From assembly GCA_937625935.1 (NCBI GenBank), contig OW569372.1, positions 248,001-312,000 of the forward strand: a stretch of 64,000 bases of DNA, written 5' to 3'. The DNA is from Tetramitus jugosus (taxonomy: Eukaryota > Protista > Heterolobosea). Both the position numbers and the translations under genes were made by a program. Position 1 is the stretch's first letter. The number at the start of each line of letters is the position of its first letter. The notes beneath the pieces are model-generated. The model did not search any database and had not been told where the DNA came from. It was given only the letters and a program-made list of their open reading frames with translations. Below, piece after piece: positions 53,988 to 63,278 of this stretch.

Positions 53988-54440
53988 ATGGCCGATAATC
54001 TAGCAGAAGAACAAATACAAGAATTCAAGGAGGCATTCTCTCTGTTCGACAAGGACGGTGACCAAAAAATTCCAAGCAAAGAATTGGGAACAGTGATGCG
54101 TGCATTGGGTCAAAATCCATCAGAAACTGAGTTGGAAGACTTGTTGAAGAGTGTTGCTGATCCAAGAAACACTGGTTTCGTTCAATTCAACGACTTTATG
54201 GCCGTGATGAAGCAAAGAATGAATGATACGGAGTCTGAAGAGGAGATCAAGGAAGCTTTCAGAGTGTTTGACAGAGACAATGACGGAATTATTAGTGCAG
54301 CAGAGTTGAGACACATCATGACCACGTTGGGTGAGAGATTGACTGAAGAAGAGGTGGATGAGATGATCAGAGAGGCTGATATTCAGGGTGATGGTCTCAT
54401 TCGATATGAACAGTTTGTGAGAGTCATGATGTCCACATAA
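53988..54440 (+). CDS. Divergent calmodulin-like protein (intronless)
   Basis: Calmodulin backbone with EF3 intact and EF1, EF2 and EF4 loops altered. Confidence 0.9.
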   Translation: MADNLAEEQIQEFKEAFSLFDKDGDQKIPSKELGTVMRALGQNPSETELEDLLKSVADPRNTGFVQFNDFMAVMKQRMNDTESEEEIKEAFRVFDRDNDGIISAAELRHIMTTLGERLTEEEVDEMIREADIQGDGLIRYEQFVRVMMST

Positions 54441-54513
54441 AAAGCTTTTTGGATTGAATTGTACTCTGTTTTTTTTTTGGTGCATTGCTGTGATTTCACA
54501 TGTGAATAATAAT

Positions 54514-56232
54514 TTAATTGGGTTGTTCTTGTTGTTGTTCTTGGTTCTCTTGGTTTTGGCATGTGGATGCATCTTCTAGGTTGGCTATCGTAGTGTCTGA
54601 TATTGTCGTTGCTGTATCAGTAGTTGGATTCGTGCTTGTCGAAGAAGAGCTAAGTGAAGGTCGATTCAATATCCTGAGTCTTCTTCTCTTTCGCCTCATT
54701 GCCATTGTTTGTTCCTCCAATGGCTTTGTGTCTTCTGCTTCTGCTTCTTGTGTGAGATCTCCATGCTCTTCAGCTTGAAAATGTTGACCGTTATCCGAGG
54801 AGGTAGCTGTCGAGCTTGGTTCTAACTCTCCACTGCCCTTATTCGAATCCTCTTCTACTGTTGGTGGTTGAGAATTAGCTTGGGATTCGGTGATGTCAGT
54901 TAGGGATGTATTATCGACACCCTCGTCGGTAGGAGGTTGTGTATCTACAAGAGATATTGCTGTGAGCGTGTCAATGGTCTCTTGTGTCGATGGTGAGCCG
55001 TCTTCATTGCTTTGTTGTGATTCAGATGAGATTGAGTTCTCCTGGTTGACCAGTGCTCCAATCGACGATGTTTTTCGACTCTTAATTTCAGCAATAATGG
55101 AGCAGAATGTTGCTTTGGTAGTGCCTGCCTTTGGTTTCGATTCTTGGCTGGATTGAGTGCTATTCGAAAACATAGACATGATACTCTTCTGAGACTTCTT
55201 CTTGCTTTGAACTACCCTTGTAGGTTGTTTCAGCAATTCTTCATTCCTCTTCACAATCGCTAGCACTTGTTCGTTTGATTTAGGATTCAAAGAATCCAGA
55301 TTTGCATTATATTGTAGCACATATTCCTTGTGTCTCCATACTAAATCATCCTTCTCACCCTTTTCGTTCAACCCGCATTTTCGGAGAGTATCGCGTAAAT
55401 TCTTCAGTGACATGAGTCCATACACTGGTGCTACAATCCGTTTTGTACTAACTAATAGCGACCGAGCAGAAGTTGGTTCTGGAGACGCCGTTTTAAATGA
55501 CACTGGTTGAATATTCTTGATAATGTTCTCATCGAGACAAGAATTGGCATGTAATCGCATTTGATCACTCGAGAATCGCTTGTTGCACGATGGACAAACA
55601 ATAGCCGTATCCTTTGTCAGATCCACATCCACTTCGACTTCATTGCTTTCGTCAATTTCTTTTCGCTTTCGCTTTCTCATCTTACTACTACTGTTATCTA
55701 CTCGTACACTACTATTTCCACTGCTTCCTAGAGATCGACTCGCAACTACAACTTCATTCACACTACTCGTCTTCATAAACATGGATACTTCATCTGGCCG
55801 CAACACACTGGTACTACTCTTCCGCACCACTTCTCCACCCCCATCATCACCACCACCCCTACCAACAACGATATTGTTCTCTAGCGAACTTGCCAGCATT
55901 GGCCTCAACTCAACAAAACTCTGTACTAAATTGTCAACGAGATGATTATTGTAGAGACATGAGGAAGACACGGAAGTATGGCACAGTGGACACGTCGTTC
56001 GGAATTCGAGAGCTCTTCGAATGCACAACGAGCAGAAGGTGTGAGAACACACATTAAACGTCATTGCAGCAGTGAACAGTTCATGGCAAATGGGACACCG
56101 AAGAAAGTTTTCATGGTTTGTGATTTGTGGAATGGGCCATGTATAATCTAGCCATTGTGCCTCTGTTTGTTGATCCGATTCTTTTGTCATTGGTTTTGTG
56201 CACGTGGATAAGCTTCTACTATTGTCGTTCAT
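54514..56232 (-). CDS. RAD18: E3 ubiquitin ligase RAD18
   Basis: RING LRCPIC...CSHTFCSLCIRR...CPLC, UBZ CPSC...H...C, and SAP-like region ending RHKEYVLQYNANLD. Start is ATG 56232 or 56190. Confidence 0.9.
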   Translation of the reverse strand: MNDNSRSLSTCTKPMTKESDQQTEAQWLDYTWPIPQITNHENFLRCPICHELFTAAMTFNVCSHTFCSLCIRRALEFRTTCPLCHTSVSSSCLYNNHLVDNLVQSFVELRPMLASSLENNIVVGRGGGDDGGGEVVRKSSTSVLRPDEVSMFMKTSSVNEVVVASRSLGSSGNSSVRVDNSSSKMRKRKRKEIDESNEVEVDVDLTKDTAIVCPSCNKRFSSDQMRLHANSCLDENIIKNIQPVSFKTASPEPTSARSLLVSTKRIVAPVYGLMSLKNLRDTLRKCGLNEKGEKDDLVWRHKEYVLQYNANLDSLNPKSNEQVLAIVKRNEELLKQPTRVVQSKKKSQKSIMSMFSNSTQSSQESKPKAGTTKATFCSIIAEIKSRKTSSIGALVNQENSISSESQQSNEDGSPSTQETIDTLTAISLVDTQPPTDEGVDNTSLTDITESQANSQPPTVEEDSNKGSGELEPSSTATSSDNGQHFQAEEHGDLTQEAEAEDTKPLEEQTMAMRRKRRRLRILNRPSLSSSSTSTNPTTDTATTISDTTIANLEDASTCQNQENQEQQQEQPN

Positions 56233-56291
56233 TATTCTGTTGCAGCACCGTTTTGTGAGTTCGATCAAATTCTTGACCTGTTGGTTTTGAA

Positions 56292-56302
56292 TTGGCGGGA
56301 AA
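56292..56302 (-). promoter_or_regulatory. Consensus E2F-type site upstream of RAD18
   Basis: TTTCCCGCCAA on the minus strand, about 60 nt upstream of ATG 56232. Confidence 0.45.
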
Positions 56303-56347
56303 CGCAACTCTGTTTTATTTACACAAAAAATAACCTGGAGAAATGAA

Positions 56348-56761
56348 CTACTCATCATCTTCGTCAGGTCTGGGTACTCTCTTGTTTTCAAAGCTCTTCC
56401 ACCTCTGCTCCAAAATCTCCATTCTGCTCTGTGCATCAGCTTCAGATGCATCCGAGTCACCTACTCTACCATAAAACGTTCGCATATCACCCATTTCCTT
56501 TCTCTTGATTTTCGTTTCGACTTCTTCCTCGAGCTCCACTGATAAAGTTCTTCCAATCAAGTATGTTGTGCCCAAAACAAGGCATAATATCGTTGGGAAA
56601 GCAATATGGAATGGTGTTCTTCCTGATTTGCGAGTCTGTGAATACAGCAGTTGCGAAAGTCTACTCTTTGATTTCTTTTGAAATGCCTTGTTCTGCTTAT
56701 TTCGTTCTCTGATATGATCTTGGAGATAATCCTCCATGTCGTCCATCTTCATGAAACCCAT
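56348..56761 (-). CDS. COX16: Cytochrome c oxidase assembly factor COX16-like
   Basis: PFHIAFPTILCLVLG TM helix and C-terminal FENKRVPRP signature. Confidence 0.78.
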   Translation of the reverse strand: MGFMKMDDMEDYLQDHIRERNKQNKAFQKKSKSRLSQLLYSQTRKSGRTPFHIAFPTILCLVLGTTYLIGRTLSVELEEEVETKIKRKEMGDMRTFYGRVGDSDASEADAQSRMEILEQRWKSFENKRVPRPDEDDE

Positions 56762-56886
56762 CTTTAAACTCTCCTTGTTCAAAAATGCTTCTTCTCCTCA
56801 GATTTTGATTCGGCAAATTAAAAATTTTCACGAATGACCGACAACAAAATTGACGCCAAAAAACTTTGTGCCATTGGACCATCATC

Positions 56887-58473
56887 ATGTCTCACATACC
56901 AACACCCAAAAGCAGCACCGTCACCATTCCCTCTCTCTTCCTCCCTGAAGCTTCACTACTGACAACAAACTATGCCGCACCTCCTCCACCTCCACTGACA
57001 CACAACTCGATTACACAGGCAGCACCACTGACACAACTCGTGCTCGAATCAAAAACACTTGACGTTTGTTTCATGGACCCTGTCATGATCAATCAATTTG
57101 CTTTCCAGAGTTGGTTACAAGGTGAATCGATTGATGAAACAGCAAAGTTGTACAATAGAAGACGATTGCAACAAGTGAGTCAAATTGTGAGTGGTTCATC
57201 AGCATCACCCATGATGAGTTCCACCAGTGCATTGTCATCACCAATGTCATCCAACACTGCACGCAAACAATCCAATGGCACTGATTTCGCAACGATATCG
57301 GAGAATATTAATAATCCGACGCAAAAGATGATACATGAGCTGTTGTATGTGGAGATTGTGAGTCAATATCGAATTTTTGATCACATTGAAAAGACATTGT
57401 CTCAACCAAACTTGTTCATGAAACAAGACAGTTGTTGCGAGGTGCAATTGGCGCCCAGTATTCGCAGAAAATTAATTGAGCAGTATTTTGAGTTGGATGA
57501 TTGTGTGTTGAGAGAGTTGTTGGGTAAGAAATTGACACAAAAAGTGAGAAAGGATCTGGATGACGTATCGGAGAAAACGGGTGTGAAAATTGTGAGTTGT
57601 AGACGACAGTTTGACAATTTGAGAAATGTGGCACAGTATTTGAAAACGGCACTGTTTCAGATGCCGACGCACCGTGAGATGCCGACGACGAAGACGATGA
57701 ATGGTGAGAGTAAGAGCTTGAATGGTGGTAGCACCACCACTGCCATGACGACAACGAGTAACAACGACAGTAGTATGAGCAATACGACATCGTTTGATGA
57801 TTTGGTGAATATTGTGAGAGGTCATTTTTTGTTGTCGGAAGAGTTGGCCAAAAAGTATGCACTCGTGTTGTTCATGGGACATCATCGTTTCGATTGTCAC
57901 AGGCGTAAGATGAAAGATTTTAGTTATCAGGATTTTGAGAGCTTTTGTACGCACATGGTCTATCATTGGACGAACACTAGGCACTACATCAGGCAGCACA
58001 ACACAAAAAATGTGTTGTCTGCTCTTAGTTTGATGAATTTGGACTTTGATTTTTATGTGTTACGTGATATTAAGCAAGCAGTGTATGGTCACAAGAATCG
58101 ATTGAGTGAATATGAGACTGGTGTGATCAGAGAGCTCAAACAGACGAATTCAATTTCAGCTGAGCAATTGTCCCGGCTGGAAGAAAAGTTTTCGCAATTA
58201 TTTAAGGCACTACTCGTGATTGGAGCGGGTTTGGTACAGACGAAGGAGGTGCGTGACTTCTTTATTGATTTACACGAGAAGTTTGTTGATGTTTTGGTGC
58301 GGCAGATTGGATTATCAAAGCATGAGGTGTTGAGATTTTGTGATGCTTTGATAACGCAACTCGACTCTGTGAAGACGAGTCACAAGGCGAAACTCACTAA
58401 ACTTTGGACAACTTACATTGTCACTGTGCGGAACATTAGTGCAGGCATGTTTGATGCATGCTCAGAAAAATAA
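56887..58473 (+). CDS. FIBP: FGF1 intracellular-binding protein family
   Basis: RELLGKKLT.KVRKDLDDVSEKTGV...SCRRQFDN and EVRDFFIDL.EK. Confidence 0.9.
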   Translation: MSHIPTPKSSTVTIPSLFLPEASLLTTNYAAPPPPPLTHNSITQAAPLTQLVLESKTLDVCFMDPVMINQFAFQSWLQGESIDETAKLYNRRRLQQVSQIVSGSSASPMMSSTSALSSPMSSNTARKQSNGTDFATISENINNPTQKMIHELLYVEIVSQYRIFDHIEKTLSQPNLFMKQDSCCEVQLAPSIRRKLIEQYFELDDCVLRELLGKKLTQKVRKDLDDVSEKTGVKIVSCRRQFDNLRNVAQYLKTALFQMPTHREMPTTKTMNGESKSLNGGSTTTAMTTTSNNDSSMSNTTSFDDLVNIVRGHFLLSEELAKKYALVLFMGHHRFDCHRRKMKDFSYQDFESFCTHMVYHWTNTRHYIRQHNTKNVLSALSLMNLDFDFYVLRDIKQAVYGHKNRLSEYETGVIRELKQTNSISAEQLSRLEEKFSQLFKALLVIGAGLVQTKEVRDFFIDLHEKFVDVLVRQIGLSKHEVLRFCDALITQLDSVKTSHKAKLTKLWTTYIVTVRNISAGMFDACSEK

Positions 58474-58491
58474 AATTGGTTTAAGTTAGTT

Positions 58492-59802
58492 TTACTTTTC
58501 TACTTCAACGATAATTTTTGACTTTGGTTGGATAGGATATCGTTCAAAGTAGCGAGGTACAATTTCGACTTGAACTTCAATGTCATTGGCATCCTTCTCA
58601 GTCATCCGCAATGCTTTCGGTTTCACTTTTGACGATTTGCAAACAGAGTCCAAATATTGTTGCACGAGAGATATCAGAGAATCCAATGATGGTTGAGACG
58701 GCGTGTTCAGCTTAAAGATTTTCCTTGGCTCCATTAGAACTTCAAAGAATACAGAGACAGTATCTGGTGTTGCATCGGCCTTCTTGACCATCTTTGATGC
58801 TGTCGATACTTTTGATACCTTTGTTTTCGTTAATGGCTTGGGTTTCTCTTCTTGTACTGTTGACTCTGGAGCTGGCTCAGGAGTCTTCTTAATCGCACTA
58901 AAGACCAGCTTTGTTTTCTTTGGTTGATCAGCGGCAGATCCTAATTTAGTACCAGTCGTCGTCTTTGATGCCACCATCTCCAATCGCTTCTTCTTATTCT
59001 CTTCGTCTACTCTCGTCTTTCGACACGTTGAAAAACACTTGGAGCACACTCTGCCCTTTGCAATATTCAAATTCGGGAAACATCGCTTATAATCCATGAG
59101 AAACGTTTCCAATTTGTACGATATTCCCACAATTGAAGTAGCACATGTTGCACACGTAACAACACTTGTATTGCCTGATCGATAATCTCTGCACGTTTCA
59201 AAACAAGCAGCACACACTGATCCCTTGTCTCCTGAATAATTGGGAAAACATGCCATATAATCCATCTTGAACGCACCAGACTTGTGCTGCAACGCCTTTG
59301 CAAACAACCTCTTGCACACCACACATTGATTCACATTGTGCACATCATCCACATCATCCAAATCATTAATCACTGCACTCTCATTCTCTTCAATCTCCAT
59401 AGTAGCCTTATTCTCTGCAGATGCACTTCTCGCACTCAACATTTTTGGTTTATAATTCGTGACAATGATTTTCGTTGATGATGCTCCTCCTGATGATGCT
59501 TCGAACGATGGAGTGGCATTTTCAGAGAACATTTGAATACGAGGTCCCAATTTTTGAACAACTTGATACTTTGGAGCAGTATTGTTCTTGATGTGACTGC
59601 CATTGTCATTTGTGTCGTTCGTGTGGTTGTCATTTGTGTGATTGTCTTGTTGTCGGAGTTTTTTGCGCTTGCGATCAGAGTCTCCAGAGATGCGTTTCAT
59701 GACTCGATCGGCCTCTGCCATTTTTCGTTTGGCTTTTTCATACTCTTTTTGGAGCTTGTTGGTTTTGTTATTGTTATTGGTTTCTCGTTGTCGTTTGGGC
59801 AT
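58492..59802 (-). CDS. Basic protein with two tandem Cys-rich repeats
   Basis: NLS-like N-terminus and two copies of CxxC...MDY..CFPN....G.VCxxCF.TCR. Confidence 0.75.
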   Translation of the reverse strand: MPKRQRETNNNNKTNKLQKEYEKAKRKMAEADRVMKRISGDSDRKRKKLRQQDNHTNDNHTNDTNDNGSHIKNNTAPKYQVVQKLGPRIQMFSENATPSFEASSGGASSTKIIVTNYKPKMLSARSASAENKATMEIEENESAVINDLDDVDDVHNVNQCVVCKRLFAKALQHKSGAFKMDYMACFPNYSGDKGSVCAACFETCRDYRSGNTSVVTCATCATSIVGISYKLETFLMDYKRCFPNLNIAKGRVCSKCFSTCRKTRVDEENKKKRLEMVASKTTTGTKLGSAADQPKKTKLVFSAIKKTPEPAPESTVQEEKPKPLTKTKVSKVSTASKMVKKADATPDTVSVFFEVLMEPRKIFKLNTPSQPSLDSLISLVQQYLDSVCKSSKVKPKALRMTEKDANDIEVQVEIVPRYFERYPIQPKSKIIVEVEK

Positions 59803-60210
59803 ATTTTTGTTTGTGTTGCTTGTTGTTCAGCACAAGGAATGCTCAAGAAAATCAGCGACGTGTCGGGTGATAGCGAAGGGTATTTTTTGGCGCCATAAAA
59901 TGCTGTAGCCCGACCCGCCGAACATCATCGGGTGTCAAATGTCATACAAAACTGGTTGAATCGCTGATTGTGAATGAAAAGGGGCATTGATACTCGTTAC
60001 TTCTTCAAGTCAAATAGGGAGGCAATACTACCTACCCCCAGTGATGTTCTGTTGATGATGGGTGGTGTTACTCGCTGCGCCAAAAACACTACGAGAAAAC
60101 AAACAAACGAACGAACAACAAACCAATCTATTCTAATTCAACGTTTCAACAACAGACAAACATCGAACAACACCAACACAAACAATAAGATCATAGAAAG
60201 TTAAATAATC

Positions 60211-62721
60211 ATGTCTCTGTTCAAACGTAATCAATACAAGACAGTGAAGCTTCAACCATCGAAACAAGCCAAAAAACGAACACAGCTGCACAACAAGGTT
60301 CAACACACTGTGGGCACACTGAGTGGTCAACACACGACAACACTCTTGTTCCAAGCAGTACAGTGTCCACCCAATGAACCACTAGAAGAGTGGATCGCTG
60401 TTCATCTCATCCAATTCTACAACAATTGTAATGATCATTATTCTTCGTTGGCTAGTAGTCACTGTGAAGAGTGTTCGGAGAAGACTTGTCCTCAGATGTG
60501 TTCCGGTTCAGATTATGTCTACCTGTGGAGAGACATTGATAGTGATTTGTACAGTAAACCAACCAGTGTCTCTGCTCCCAAATATGCCAGTTTGGCACTC
60601 AAGTGGTGCGAAAATACGTTGAACAATGAGAAGGCATTTCCACCTCAAGACGCTCAATCAATGCCCTTCCCAAAGGACTACCTGAAGACATATGTCAAGG
60701 AGATTTGTAAAAAGTTGTTCCGTATTTATGCACACATTTATGTGGATCATGATAGACAGAACAAGAAGGGTGATCCAATGGATTTTGGTTTCAAGCACTT
60801 TATGTGCTTTTCACTGTGTTATGCTTTGTTGAGTGAGAAGGAGGTGGAACCGTTGAAGAATTGGATATTGAATCAGTTGTCTCTGATTGATTTGCATCGA
60901 TTTTTGAAGGAGCAGAAAAAGTCGACCAAGGAATTGTTGAAACAATCAGCGAGTTTGATTGTCAACGCAGCAGAGGCAAACAATAGTAATAGCAATGGTA
61001 CCTCGAACAACAATAGCAGCAGCAGTAGTCACAATGGTGGATCATCGAACAGCAGCAGTGCTCATTCGTCATCTCTTTCTTCTTCATCGTCCTCATCGAA
61101 TCTCTCTTCGCATTCGACCGATCGAGCAAGAAGACAGTCGAGAGCTGGATTTGGAATCGGAGCACCTATCGGAGGATTTAGCGATCACTTGACAACATTG
61201 TCAGTTGTGATTGTGGAGGCAAAGAATTTGGGAGCCAAGGATTTGTCTGGTACATCGGATCCATATGTCGAAGTGAGACTGGGCAAGGAAGAGTTTAGAA
61301 CATCGACAGTGTGGAAACAGTTGAATCCAGTGTGGGAGGAAAATTTTACATTTGTGATTGATGCAAATATGAAGCCAGAGAGTTCATCCTTGAGCCTCAA
61401 GGTGTACGATCAGAACATTATTATGAAGGGAACGTTCATTGGTATGTGCGAGGTGGATTTGGGACAATTGCTGGACGAGAGGATGCAAGATTTGTGGATT
61501 CCGTTGCATGGAGCGTCAGATAGCGAATCATCTGATCATGACTCGCGTGGCAGTATTAGAATGAGACTTCAATATGTGTCATCGGAGAGTGGAAGATCAA
61601 AGTATTTGAACAAGATTGTTCAATTGTCTCACTATAGAGAGATGATGGACTATTTGCATGAACTTCCAGTGAGAACATTTATTGCCTTGTTCGATGTGAG
61701 TCTGTTGAGTCAGATTGATCAATATTGGAAGTCAGTTCTGCATGTGGCTCAGGCAAAGAATGCTCAATACTTGCAAAATGTCCTGTTGAAGGTGATCGAA
61801 TTAGAAGTGGGCCGTTGTGAGACAAAGGGAACTTTGTTTAGAGCGAATAGCATTGCTTCGAAACTGATCTCGCATGCTGTCAGAACGTACGGAGGTGTCA
61901 ACTATTTGGCTCGCGTTCTTACACCAAGTCTAGAACGAATCTGTAGGGAAGAAGAACTGTTGGAGGTCAATCCTGCAAAGGTCAAGGCTGAAGATGGCGT
62001 GGATGTGCAAAGAAACATGCACAAGATTATTGAATTTGCTCAGTCGATTGTGGATGCAGTGTTGGAGTCTGAGCATTTGCTCCCACCAATCTTCTTCACT
62101 CTGATTCACCACTTGAGAAAGAGTACCGAGGAAAAGTTTTCACAAGATGAGAATGTTGGATTCATTGCGACATCTGGACTATTATTCCTGAGATTCATCT
62201 GCCCAGCTTTGCTGTCCCCTCAATTATATGGTCTGCCCTCTACAAATGGTAACAACAATGTACAACGAAACTTGCTAATGATCTCAAAGATCATCCAACA
62301 GTTGGCCAATAATCTGCAATTTGGTGAAAAGGAATCATTTATGGTTCCTGCCAATTCATTCATTGAGGAGAACACTCCACGATTGTCATTCTTCTTTGAT
62401 TCGATCAATGTTGAGTATGACGTGCCACTACCAACAGAGCCATTGCCAGACGACAAGTTGTTATTCTCGTTGTTTTCTGTGCATGAATTGTTCCATAAGA
62501 ACATTGATGCGCTGAGAGCAAAGATGATGGATACCAGTGAAACAGCAGACAGTACTCTACTCAAGCACTTCCACTTTACCACGGATTCAGAGTTTGATCT
62601 CAATCAGTCAAAGAACGCTCTGTTTGGATTGGTGAACATTGTTGTCGATCTAGGAGCTCCTCCTCAGGTTTCTCTCTCAGCCAGAAAGCGTATCAAGTCA
62701 TCCTTTACTCAAAACAAATAA
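60211..62721 (+). CDS. MOB (Mob1/phocein)-C2-RasGAP fusion protein
   Basis: MOB: EWIAVH, C.EKTCPQM, YLWRD, SAPKY, KKLFRIYAHIY..H. C2: VEAKNL...SDPYV...LNPVWEE. RasGAP: TLFRANS, FLRFICPA, SKIIQQLAN. Single 836-codon ORF. Confidence 0.9.
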   Translation: MSLFKRNQYKTVKLQPSKQAKKRTQLHNKVQHTVGTLSGQHTTTLLFQAVQCPPNEPLEEWIAVHLIQFYNNCNDHYSSLASSHCEECSEKTCPQMCSGSDYVYLWRDIDSDLYSKPTSVSAPKYASLALKWCENTLNNEKAFPPQDAQSMPFPKDYLKTYVKEICKKLFRIYAHIYVDHDRQNKKGDPMDFGFKHFMCFSLCYALLSEKEVEPLKNWILNQLSLIDLHRFLKEQKKSTKELLKQSASLIVNAAEANNSNSNGTSNNNSSSSSHNGGSSNSSSAHSSSLSSSSSSSNLSSHSTDRARRQSRAGFGIGAPIGGFSDHLTTLSVVIVEAKNLGAKDLSGTSDPYVEVRLGKEEFRTSTVWKQLNPVWEENFTFVIDANMKPESSSLSLKVYDQNIIMKGTFIGMCEVDLGQLLDERMQDLWIPLHGASDSESSDHDSRGSIRMRLQYVSSESGRSKYLNKIVQLSHYREMMDYLHELPVRTFIALFDVSLLSQIDQYWKSVLHVAQAKNAQYLQNVLLKVIELEVGRCETKGTLFRANSIASKLISHAVRTYGGVNYLARVLTPSLERICREEELLEVNPAKVKAEDGVDVQRNMHKIIEFAQSIVDAVLESEHLLPPIFFTLIHHLRKSTEEKFSQDENVGFIATSGLLFLRFICPALLSPQLYGLPSTNGNNNVQRNLLMISKIIQQLANNLQFGEKESFMVPANSFIEENTPRLSFFFDSINVEYDVPLPTEPLPDDKLLFSLFSVHELFHKNIDALRAKMMDTSETADSTLLKHFHFTTDSEFDLNQSKNALFGLVNIVVDLGAPPQVSLSARKRIKSSFTQNK

Positions 62722-62770
62722 AACTTGTAAAACATTATCCTGATCAGTCGCCACCAAAAAAACAAACACA

Positions 62771-63235
62771 ATGGATCGTCTGCCTTTCTCAGTTCTTCCC
62801 TTGGGCTTCATACTCGGTTTGATCCACACAGATCTGGTCTATGAATGTGTGCATCCAGCGCAAGATGCACACGAGTATTACAGAGTTTACTTTCATCAAG
62901 TTCCTTCACTTTGCCAGGCTCTCGTTCCCTTGTCTGGTGTTCTGTTGTTGAGTGATTCTGCGAGACGTCTCTTCAAGTTTGGCGTGAGAAACAAGGTGGA
63001 AGTATTGAGCGCTCTTTTGTTAGTATTCTCTTTGGCCTGCTTCAGCTTGTTCTGTGATCCGGCAAAGTTGGCACTCATTGCATTGGATCCTGATCTCCCC
63101 TCAAATCAATCGGCCATGAAGGATCTAGTTGCTCAAATTGCTACCTGGCACCAGATATTGGCTGTCGTGCTCACGACTTCAACTCTCTTACAATGGCTCA
63201 ACAATTGTCGTTCCAGTCACCTAAAGAATGACTAG
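62771..63235 (+). CDS. Four-TM small membrane protein, possibly Shr3-like
   Basis: Four hydrophobic helices; GFILG..D, EYY and terminal IA..H.IL....LLQ pattern. Confidence 0.55.
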   Translation: MDRLPFSVLPLGFILGLIHTDLVYECVHPAQDAHEYYRVYFHQVPSLCQALVPLSGVLLLSDSARRLFKFGVRNKVEVLSALLLVFSLACFSLFCDPAKLALIALDPDLPSNQSAMKDLVAQIATWHQILAVVLTTSTLLQWLNNCRSSHLKND

Positions 63236-63278
63236 ATATCGAATGTCACTGCATGATTCTCTACAATACAATCAACTT

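Noticed and set aside
5835-56232. Srs2-like helicase and RAD18 as a post-replication repair cluster
   Set aside because: They are about 46 kb and many unrelated genes apart.
56233-56460. Apparent RAD18 N-terminal extension overlapping COX16
   Set aside because: It runs through the COX16 coding 3' end in another frame and through the probable RAD18 promoter; the ATG at 56232 or 56190 is more plausible.
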